Shown here piece by piece: positions 8,084 through 15,500 of a stretch of 16,446 nt of DNA; the first letter of the stretch is position 1, and each line of letters begins with the position of its first letter. The notes under the pieces are model-generated. The model did no database searches, was not told where the DNA came from, and saw nothing but the letters and a program-made list of their open reading frames with translations. Source of the stretch: an uncultured bacterium (GTDB lineage: Bacteria > Schekmanbacteria > GWA2-38-11 > J061); assembly GCA_964549305.1 (NCBI GenBank), contig CAZJVM010000056.1, positions 1-16,446 on the forward strand, read 5' to 3'. Position numbers and translations under genes: made by a program.

Positions 8084-9006
8084 ATTTGCGAATCTTCTAT
8101 TTTTTCAAAAAAAACTTCTTCAAGGGATTTTTGGGCAGGATTAATGGAAACAATTTTCCCGCCGCTGTCGATAATTTTTTTTAACAATTCGTTTATTCCC
8201 TCTTCTTCCGCTTCAAAAAGGAGGATATTTCCCCTTTCTTTAATGAATCCGTTCAATGTTATGAGCGACTGGAGTATTTGCGTGTTGGCGGAATAAACAG
8301 ATATTTCGCAGGACCTTGATTCGCTTTTGCGAAGTTCGCTGATTTCCTTTACGTCAACAAGGCGCCCCTTGTTTATTATGGCTATTTTATCACAAATAAT
8401 TTCAACATCGGAAAGAATGTGGGAACTGAAAAATACTGTTTTTCCCTTGTTTTTAAGATTTAATATAATTTCCCTTATATCCCGTCTTCCGATAGGGTCT
8501 ATCCCGGACATCGGTTCATCGAGTATTATAAGGTCAGGGTCGTTTATGAGTGCTTGTGCGATTCCTATTCTCTGAAGCATTCCTTTTGAATATTTTTTAA
8601 GGGACTTTCCCGCGGAGTCAGTCATTCCAACCTCATCAAGAAGTTCTTTTATTCGTTTTTTTAAAATGTCATTTTCAATTTCAAAGAGTTTGCCGTAAAA
8701 TTTCAGGAATTCATATCCTGTCAGATAATCGTAAAAATAAGGTTCTTCGGGAAGAAAACCTATGCGGGATTTGGAAGAAATATCTTTGGGATCTTTTCCG
8801 AAAATTGTGATATCGCCTGATGTTGGTGTTATGATGCCGAGGATCGACTTGATTGTCGTTGTTTTTCCCGCGCCGTTAGGTCCTAAAAAACCTGTGATTT
8901 CCTTTTCATTTATAACAAGGTTCAGTTTTTGCACTGCGGTTGTGCGTCGCAAAAAAAAACCCGTTCGGTATTTTTTTGTGAGATTCTTAATTTCAATGGC
9001 GTTCAT
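8080..9006 (-). CDS. ABC transporter ATP-binding protein (PilH/DrrA-like)
   Basis: Walker A GPNGAGKT, signature variant YSKGM, Walker B LIILDEP, H-loop FSSH, and C-terminal 'SLEEVF'. Confidence 0.93.
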   Translation of the reverse strand: MNAIEIKNLTKKYRTGFFLRRTTAVQKLNLVINEKEITGFLGPNGAGKTTTIKSILGIITPTSGDITIFGKDPKDISSKSRIGFLPEEPYFYDYLTGYEFLKFYGKLFEIENDILKKRIKELLDEVGMTDSAGKSLKKYSKGMLQRIGIAQALINDPDLIILDEPMSGIDPIGRRDIREIILNLKNKGKTVFFSSHILSDVEIICDKIAIINKGRLVDVKEISELRKSESRSCEISVYSANTQILQSLITLNGFIKERGNILLFEAEEEGINELLKKIIDSGGKIVSINPAQKSLEEVFFEKIEDSQI

Positions 9007-9040
9007 TTTTTATGGTACCTGCGCAAAAGGAAACATTGTA

Positions 9041-9069
9041 ATTATACAGTAATTGCCCGTAATTGAAAA
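9041..9069 (-). promoter_or_regulatory. Putative sigma70 promoter of the ABC operon
   Basis: On the - strand: TTTTCA (9069-9064), 17 bp spacer, perfect TATAAT (9046-9041). Confidence 0.5.
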
Positions 9070-9106
9070 GTGAAGTAAAAGGAGAGTATTGAAAAAAAAC
9101 TTTTTA

Positions 9107-10255
9107 TTATGCTGCGTTCTCTTCGTTTTTCTCTATTTCATTAGCCTGCGAAAGATACTCTTCAATGTTTATTCCGCAGTCAGCAGGGTCGAGCACTTCA
9201 ACTATTTCCGTGTCGCCATGTTCATTCGGATTTTTGGATTCCGCTTTTTCAGGTTCCATAATATCCGAGATTGTCCAGTCCTGTGATATTTCGCTCGGAG
9301 GAGGCGCCATATTGACTATTCTCGGTTCGGCAAGAGTGTTATTTTCTTCGTCAGTGATTAGCATAATTCTCGGATGAAGCAGATTTGTCCTGTTTGCCGC
9401 GATTACTATGCCAAGTGAATTATTTCCGGTCCGAACGAGACTTCCTACGGGATAAAGTCCCATTGCTCTTATGAAGTGGTCAACAAGTTTGGGATGAAAA
9501 TGAAACCCTTTGTCTCTGTAAAGAATTTTCAGAGCATTAAAAGGAGGCATTCCCTTTTTGTAAACCCTTTCGCTCGTAAGGGCATCATAAACATCGGCAA
9601 TTGCCGTCATCATACCGAATGTGCTGATCTTGTTTCCATGCACTGAGTAGGGATAACCGCCGCCGGCAAATTTTTCGTGATGCTGAAGCACCATAAGAAT
9701 TGCCCTTCTGTCAAACCCTCCTGCCTCCTCGAGAAGCTGGTATCCCTGCGAAGGATGCTTTTTCATATTGGAGAATTCCCATTCCGTAAGTTTCCCGGGT
9801 TTGTTTAATATATCGGGCGGTACCTTCATTTTGCCGCAATCGTGCATCATTCCGCCGATGCCGATTATCTTCAATTCTCTTTTTGAAAAATGAAGATACT
9901 TTGCAAGAGCGATTGTCAGTATTGCCACATTAAGGGAGTGCTTGAAGGTATATTCGTCATATTCCTTTATCTTTGCAAGGGTGAGCATAGTGTCCGCGTT
10001 ATCGAGGATGCTGTCAACCATAGAAGACACTACTTCTTCCACTTTTCCCACATTGATGTTTTTGCCTTCCCTGATTTCCTTTAAAACCTCGGTAGTGCCT
10101 TCTGTTGCTGCTGAATATAATTTTTTGCCTTCCGCAAATTCCCTCAGAAAGGATTTTTTTTCCTTTTTTTCATCTTCGGGAATTTCTATTTTTTTGCCTC
10201 CATTCTCACCATCGTATCTGACACCATCTTGCACAGAGGATATTTTTTTCTGCAC
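9107..10255 (-). CDS. HD-GYP domain cyclic di-GMP phosphodiesterase
   Basis: Motifs 'DEYTFKHSLNV', 'HDCGK', 'LNKPGKLT', 'HHEKFAGGGYP' and 'IADVYDALTSERVYK'. GTG start with GGAG 8 nt upstream. Confidence 0.9.
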   Translation of the reverse strand: MQKKISSVQDGVRYDGENGGKKIEIPEDEKKEKKSFLREFAEGKKLYSAATEGTTEVLKEIREGKNINVGKVEEVVSSMVDSILDNADTMLTLAKIKEYDEYTFKHSLNVAILTIALAKYLHFSKRELKIIGIGGMMHDCGKMKVPPDILNKPGKLTEWEFSNMKKHPSQGYQLLEEAGGFDRRAILMVLQHHEKFAGGGYPYSVHGNKISTFGMMTAIADVYDALTSERVYKKGMPPFNALKILYRDKGFHFHPKLVDHFIRAMGLYPVGSLVRTGNNSLGIVIAANRTNLLHPRIMLITDEENNTLAEPRIVNMAPPPSEISQDWTISDIMEPEKAESKNPNEHGDTEIVEVLDPADCGINIEEYLSQANEIEKNEENAA

Positions 10256-10456
10256 TGTCTCATCTCCGATAAAAAAATATGAACATATTCACTTGTTTAG
10301 TTAAACAATGGTTTTAAAACTTCTAAATTATCGAAAATAAGTATAGAAAACTTAAAATAAATTTAATTTATTGTCTTGTTTATGAGATAATGTTGAAAAT
10401 AAGTGCATAAATAGTTGTTTAATTGAATTATGTTGGCAGATAAAAATGAAAAAACT

Positions 10457-11689
10457 TTATTTCAGAAAATCGAGTATATTCAGGTTAAGCAGCGATGCGT
10501 CCGCAACTTCATCCACTTCCCAAGATTCGAGCTTATCCTCAATCCCCTTTTCAACGTTGACAAAAAAAGGTTTTTGAAGGAGTTGTCCGTTGCAATCAAG
10601 CACAACTATCGTTTCCGGTGACAGAAGGTTCTCTTTCTTTACTCTTTTTACGATGCCGGTAAATCCGTTTTTGAATTTTAATACCGATCCCACAGGATAG
10701 ATGCCTACGGTTTTAATGAAGTAGTCAACAAGTTTAGGGTTTAACTGGGTGCCTTTCCATCCGTAGATTTTCTGAAGCGCAATATAGGGAGGAAGCGACT
10801 TCCTGTATGGTTTATCGGTACACAGGGCATCATATATGTCCGCTATTGAAACCATCATCGCGTAACTGCTTATTCTGTATCCTGGCAATCCGTCGGGATA
10901 ACCTATCCCTGAGTATTTTTCGTGATGCTGTAGGGCAATAAGAATAGATTTTCTCGGAATTCCCTCAATCTTTTCCAGCATTTCAAAACCGTAAAGGGGG
11001 TGTTTTTTAATATTGTTAAATTCCTCTTCAGTGAGTTTTTTCGGCTTGTTGAGAATTTTCGGAGGTATCATCAGCACACCGCAGTCGTGTAAAAGCGCGC
11101 CAGTACCGAGCACCTTCAATTCACTTTTGGAAAATCCGAGTTTTTTCCCAAGGGCGACGGAAAGGAGGGCGACATTGAGGGAGTGGCGAAAGGTATATTC
11201 GTCGGTTGTTTTAATCTTTGTCATTATGAATGCGGAATTGAGGTCTTCGCTTACGAGATTTACGAGGGATGACGCTGTTTCGGTTATTTTTTCTATATTT
11301 ACCAAACCCTCACTGTTGATATTCTGAAAAGATTCCGTAAGATTTTTCAGGGATTCGTTGAAGGAATTTTCTGCTTCCTCAAATGGTATTTCTTTCCTGC
11401 CGTTTCCATCTGAATCCGATTCGTATGCCGGATTATTAGATAAATTTCGGTGAATTTCTTTTCGGAATTTCCGACTTTCCTCCTTTGCCGATTGAGAATA
11501 GCGGGAATCCTTCCCCCTGTTTGTATCAATGTAAACTTCGCCAATGTTAAATTTCAAAAATTTCTCTATATCCCTGTCGCTTTTTATGAGTTTTGAATTC
11601 CTGATGAAGGGGTGATATTGCCACGGAGTGTTAATGTCGGATACAAACATTCCTACTTTTAAATCCCCGGAACTTATTTTTTTTATCAT
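10457..11689 (-). CDS. DUF3391-like N-terminal domain plus HD-GYP domain protein
   Basis: N-terminus 'MIKKISSGDLKVGMFVSDINTPWQYHPF...EVYIDTNRG' is typical of DUF3391. HD-GYP motifs 'DEYTFRHSLNV', 'HDCGV', 'HHEKYSGIGYPDGL' and 'IADIYDALCTDKPYRK'. Confidence 0.88.
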   Translation of the reverse strand: MIKKISSGDLKVGMFVSDINTPWQYHPFIRNSKLIKSDRDIEKFLKFNIGEVYIDTNRGKDSRYSQSAKEESRKFRKEIHRNLSNNPAYESDSDGNGRKEIPFEEAENSFNESLKNLTESFQNINSEGLVNIEKITETASSLVNLVSEDLNSAFIMTKIKTTDEYTFRHSLNVALLSVALGKKLGFSKSELKVLGTGALLHDCGVLMIPPKILNKPKKLTEEEFNNIKKHPLYGFEMLEKIEGIPRKSILIALQHHEKYSGIGYPDGLPGYRISSYAMMVSIADIYDALCTDKPYRKSLPPYIALQKIYGWKGTQLNPKLVDYFIKTVGIYPVGSVLKFKNGFTGIVKRVKKENLLSPETIVVLDCNGQLLQKPFFVNVEKGIEDKLESWEVDEVADASLLNLNILDFLK

Positions 11690-11790
11690 TGCCTTTAAGT
11701 GCCCGATTAAAGGGTTTTTCTTTGCAATACTTTATCTTCGTAATATTCAGCCTGTTTTTTTAGTTGGATTTTCGAAAAATCGTGGAGGAG

Positions 11791-12585
11791 CTATTCCGTT
11801 TTTGTCTGAAGATAGAGAATAGAAAGAATTGCGGATGCTGCCGCGGAAACATTCAGGGAGTCGATTTTTCCCGTAGTGGGGATGAAAAAAATATCATCGC
11901 AACTGTTTTTCAGAAGCCGCCTTATTCCTTTACCTTCACTTCCGAGCACAATTGCTTTTTTTTCGGGGAAATCCAGCTTTTCCATAGACAGCGTGGTGTT
12001 TGAATCGGAGCCGTAAATCCAAAAACCAGCTTCTTTAAGCTCTTCTGCCGCCCTTGTGAGGTTAACGGTTTTTGAAATTCTCATATGCTCTACAGCGCCG
12101 GCTGATGCCCTGCATACCGTAGCCGTTACAGGCGAGCTGTTTCTTTCTTCCGTTATTATGAAGTCAACATTGAATAGAAGAGCGCTTCTTATTATTGAGC
12201 CGAAATTCATAGGGTCGGTTATGCTGTCAAGTATCAGCGCAAGGGAATGTTCGCTTTTTTGCCCGTATGCCAAAACTTTTTCAAATTCTTCGTATTCATA
12301 GGTGGAAACATCCGCGACAATACCCTGATGCATAGATGATGCGGTTTTTTTTTCAATTGTCCTCTCATCGGCGTATATTATTCTGATGTGCCTGTCTTGC
12401 GCCACACCGATGATGTCTTTAAAGAAGTTTGATTTTCTTTTGAGAAGAGTGATTGAGCGAATTTTTCTTTTCCCTGCTCTAAGCGCTTCTTTGACAGGAT
12501 TAATGCCGTAAATTATATCGGCATCATTATGTCTTGCCCTTCTGTCAGCCTCGTTTCCACAAAGTCCCCTGCGGGCCATCTTCAA
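11791..12585 (-). CDS. rlmB: 23S rRNA (guanosine-2'-O)-methyltransferase RlmB (TrmH/SpoU family)
   Basis: Motifs 'IIYGINPVKEAL', 'HQGIVA', 'LDSITDPMNFGSIIRSA', 'ASAGAVEH', 'VLGSEGKGIR' and 'IDSLNVSAA'. Lies directly downstream of cysS, a common arrangement. Start is uncertain (TTG 12585 or ATG 12579). Confidence 0.9.
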   Translation of the reverse strand: MKMARRGLCGNEADRRARHNDADIIYGINPVKEALRAGKRKIRSITLLKRKSNFFKDIIGVAQDRHIRIIYADERTIEKKTASSMHQGIVADVSTYEYEEFEKVLAYGQKSEHSLALILDSITDPMNFGSIIRSALLFNVDFIITEERNSSPVTATVCRASAGAVEHMRISKTVNLTRAAEELKEAGFWIYGSDSNTTLSMEKLDFPEKKAIVLGSEGKGIRRLLKNSCDDIFFIPTTGKIDSLNVSAAASAILSILYLQTKTE

Positions 12586-14014
12586 GTATTACACCTTTTT
12601 CTTTAAGTTCATTCCTGATTCTATCCGCCGCTGCCCAGTCCTTTTGTTTCCTTGCCTCGTTTCTGTCAGAAATCAGTTTTTCGATTTCTTCCTCGTTAAG
12701 AGATTCACCGGAATCAGCCGTTTTAACCTTCTTAAACCATTCCTCCGGGGAGTGCTTGAGTATTCCCAGAATTTTTCCCGATTTCAAGATTTCATTATAA
12801 GCAATTTCCAGTTCTCTTATTTTATCTCTGTCATCAGGCGTACAGTCCGAGGCGGCTTTATTGATATCTTTGACAAACTCAAAAAGCTTACCAATGGCAA
12901 GCGCCGTGTTGAAGTCATCTTCCATTGCCTCCTCGAAAGCTTTTATAAAAACCCGCGCGGTTTTTCCGATTCCCTCCGCTTTGTCCGAAGCATTTCCTTT
13001 CTCTGCCTTATTTTCCATATAAACGCCTTTTTCCTTAAGCAGGGCGAAGGTGTTGTAAATTCTGTCGAGGCTTGAGCAGGCATTTTTTATGTTCTCTTCT
13101 GAAAAGTTGATGGGATTTCTGTATTGCGTTGAGAGTAGAAAAAGCCGTAACGCCTCTGCGGGGTAGCTTTTCAATATATCCCTGATTGTGAAGAAATTGC
13201 CCAGGGATTTTGACATCTTTTCTTCATCAATATTGACAAAGCCGTTGTGAATCCAGTATTTGACGAAAGTTTTTTCGCTGAATGATTCCGACTGAGCAAT
13301 CTCGTTTTCGTGATGAGGAAACACCAGGTCTTTGCCCCCTCCGTGAATATCGAATGTTTCTCCGAGGATATTCATCCCCATAACCGAGCATTCTATATGC
13401 CATCCCGGTCTTCCCTTTCCCCAAGGGGAATCCCACGCCGGTTCGTTTTCCTTTGATTTCTTCCAGAGAGCGAAATCGATGGGATTTTTCTTTTCTTCAT
13501 CAACGGCAACGCGCGCCCCTGACTGAAGCTCGTCAAGCTGTTTTCCGGAAAGCTTTCCGTATGCGGGGAATTTTGAAACCTCGAAATAAACGCTTCCGTC
13601 AATTTCGTAAGCAACTCCCTTATCAACAAGTTTCGAGACCATTTCGACCATTTTTCCGATATACTCAGTTGCGCGCGGTTCCACATCTGCGTCTCTGATG
13701 TTAAGCGCTCTCATATCTTCGTAGTATTCCTCTATGTAACGCTCTGATACCGCTTTATAATCGGAATTATCTTCATTCGCGCGTTTTATGATTTTATCAT
13801 CGATATCGGTGAAGTTTTTAACGAAGGTGACTTCATATCCCTTGTATTCAAGGAAGTTTCTAATGGTATCGAATGCCGCGGCACTTCTTGCGTGTCCGAT
13901 ATGGCAGACATCATAGACGGTGACACCGCAAACATACATACCTATCTTCCCCTCGTGAAGAGGGACTAACTCCTCTTTTCTGCGTGATAAAGTATTGTAA
14001 AGCGATATACTCAT
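12545..14014 (-). CDS. cysS: Cysteine--tRNA ligase
   Basis: Motifs 'MYVCGVTVYD', class I 'HIGH', 'NFTDIDDKII', 'DFALWK', 'GRPGWHIECS', 'DIHGGGKDLVFPHHENE', 'KMSKSLGNF', 'DDFNT' and 'ADRIR'. SD GAGGT upstream. Confidence 0.98.
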   Translation of the reverse strand: MSISLYNTLSRRKEELVPLHEGKIGMYVCGVTVYDVCHIGHARSAAAFDTIRNFLEYKGYEVTFVKNFTDIDDKIIKRANEDNSDYKAVSERYIEEYYEDMRALNIRDADVEPRATEYIGKMVEMVSKLVDKGVAYEIDGSVYFEVSKFPAYGKLSGKQLDELQSGARVAVDEEKKNPIDFALWKKSKENEPAWDSPWGKGRPGWHIECSVMGMNILGETFDIHGGGKDLVFPHHENEIAQSESFSEKTFVKYWIHNGFVNIDEEKMSKSLGNFFTIRDILKSYPAEALRLFLLSTQYRNPINFSEENIKNACSSLDRIYNTFALLKEKGVYMENKAEKGNASDKAEGIGKTARVFIKAFEEAMEDDFNTALAIGKLFEFVKDINKAASDCTPDDRDKIRELEIAYNEILKSGKILGILKHSPEEWFKKVKTADSGESLNEEEIEKLISDRNEARKQKDWAAADRIRNELKEKGVILEDGPQGTLWKRG

Positions 14015-14118
14015 TGTTTTTACCTCTTAATAAAGTAGTGAGTTGGTAAATGAAAACAGGTGAAAAGTCAAGAGATGATAAAGTTTGCGGATATGATGAA
14101 ATATTCTGTCCTTAAATT

Positions 14119-14147
14119 TTGCATTAACAATCTCAATTTTATACCAT
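14119..14147 (+). promoter_or_regulatory. Putative sigma70 promoter of the bcp operon
   Basis: TTGCAT 14119-14124, 17 bp spacer, TACCAT 14142-14147. SD AGAGGA at about 14159-14165. Confidence 0.5.
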
Positions 14148-14172
14148 TGTATTGTTAAAGGAGGATTTTCTT

Positions 14173-14745
14173 ATGGATAAAATGGGATACATCTTGATTA
14201 TAGCGGTTTTGATAGTAGTATTTGCCGTAATGAGCGGAAACTCTTCCGATAAAAAACCCTCGCTTAAAGAGGGAGATAAAGCGCCGGATTTCAGCGCCCT
14301 TACAGACGAGGGCAAAAAGGTGTCATTAGCAGATTTCAGGGGTAAGAATGTAGTGCTTTATTTTTATCCAAAGGACGACACTCCCGGTTGTACAAAGGAA
14401 GCGTGCAGTTTCAGGGATTCATTCGGAAAAATCAGGAGTCTTGGCGCGGTAATTCTCGGAGTAAGTCTCGATACTGCGGAATCCCACAAAAAATTCAGGG
14501 AAAAATATAATCTTCCCTTTCCTCTGCTTGTTGATAAAGATGGTGAAATCTCAAAGAAATATAATGCTTTTACGCAGTACCTGAGGACTCTCAGATTTTC
14601 AAAAAGGATGACTTATATAATAGACAGGGAAGGAATAATCAGAAAAATATATGCGAAGGTAGATATCTCAAAGCACTCTGAAAATATCTATAATGATCTT
14701 GAATCAATCGTTGCGGAAGAAAAAACAGGGGAAAAAGATGAGTGA
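14173..14745 (+). CDS. bcp: Peroxiredoxin, BCP/PrxQ subfamily, with N-terminal hydrophobic anchor or signal
   Basis: Motifs 'GDKAPDF', 'VVLYFYPKDDTPGCTKEACSFRD' (PxxxTxxC plus a CxxxxC resolving Cys), 'GVSLD', 'LPFPLL.D' and 'RMTYIID'. ATG 14173 follows the SD. Confidence 0.92.
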   Translation: MDKMGYILIIAVLIVVFAVMSGNSSDKKPSLKEGDKAPDFSALTDEGKKVSLADFRGKNVVLYFYPKDDTPGCTKEACSFRDSFGKIRSLGAVILGVSLDTAESHKKFREKYNLPFPLLVDKDGEISKKYNAFTQYLRTLRFSKRMTYIIDREGIIRKIYAKVDISKHSENIYNDLESIVAEEKTGEKDE

Positions 14746-15481
14746 TGATTGGGGAGTGAAATTTCAGCAAAACACGAAATATTCCAGGCACGACCTCGGG
14801 GGAGGCGGGCTTGACTGGAGTAAAAAGCCGCAAACCTACAAGGAATATCCCGACTCCGAAAAGATAAAACTTCCCGCGCCTGAAATAGAAGTAAAGCAAA
14901 GTTTGCCGAATGTATTGCTGAAAAGAAGGAGCATAAGGGATTACAGAAACACACCCCTCTCATTGACTGAATTATCCTATCTCCTTTGGGCAGCGCAGGG
15001 AATATCAGCGCAGATGTACGGTTATGATTTCAGGACTTCGCCTTCTGCGGGCGCGCTTTACCCTGTGGAAACATATCTTTTAATTAACAATGTGGAAGAA
15101 ATTGCACAGGGCATTTATCATTACGCAATCCGCGCACACGCATTAGAGCTTATCAAGAAGGGAAACTTTGCGACAGAAGGCGCCAATGCCGCACTGGGAC
15201 AGGAGATGGTTGCATCTGCCCAGTCTGTTTTTATATGGACTGCCGTTTTTGAGCGTTCAAAGTGGAAATACAAACAGAGGGCATACCGTTATGTTTACCT
15301 TGATGCCGGACATATCGCGGCGCATCTTTCTCTTGCGGCAGTGTCAATCGGGCTTGCTACCTGCCAGATTGCCGCATTCTTTGACGATGAGATAAACGGA
15401 TTGATAGGCGTTGACGGGAATGATGAAAGCGTGATTTATATGAGCGCCGCGGGAAAACCGCTTCTTCCCAAAAAGGCGTGA
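14738..15481 (+). CDS. SagB/ThcOx family dehydrogenase (nitroreductase-fold FMN protein)
   Basis: Motifs 'RRSIRDY', 'LSYLLWAAQG', 'RTSPSAGALYPVETY', 'GIYHY', 'KYKQRAYRYVYLDAGH' and 'AFFDD'. ATG 14738 follows SD AGGGG and overlaps the bcp end by 8 bp. Confidence 0.9.
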   Translation: MSDDWGVKFQQNTKYSRHDLGGGGLDWSKKPQTYKEYPDSEKIKLPAPEIEVKQSLPNVLLKRRSIRDYRNTPLSLTELSYLLWAAQGISAQMYGYDFRTSPSAGALYPVETYLLINNVEEIAQGIYHYAIRAHALELIKKGNFATEGANAALGQEMVASAQSVFIWTAVFERSKWKYKQRAYRYVYLDAGHIAAHLSLAAVSIGLATCQIAAFFDDEINGLIGVDGNDESVIYMSAAGKPLLPKKA

Positions 15482-15500
15482 AAATGTGGGGAAGACGGTT

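Noticed and set aside
14738..15481. RiPP (azole-containing peptide) cluster suggested by the SagB/ThcOx gene
   Set aside because: No YcaO cyclodehydratase, no Cys/Ser/Thr-rich precursor ORF and no dedicated protease or exporter adjacent.
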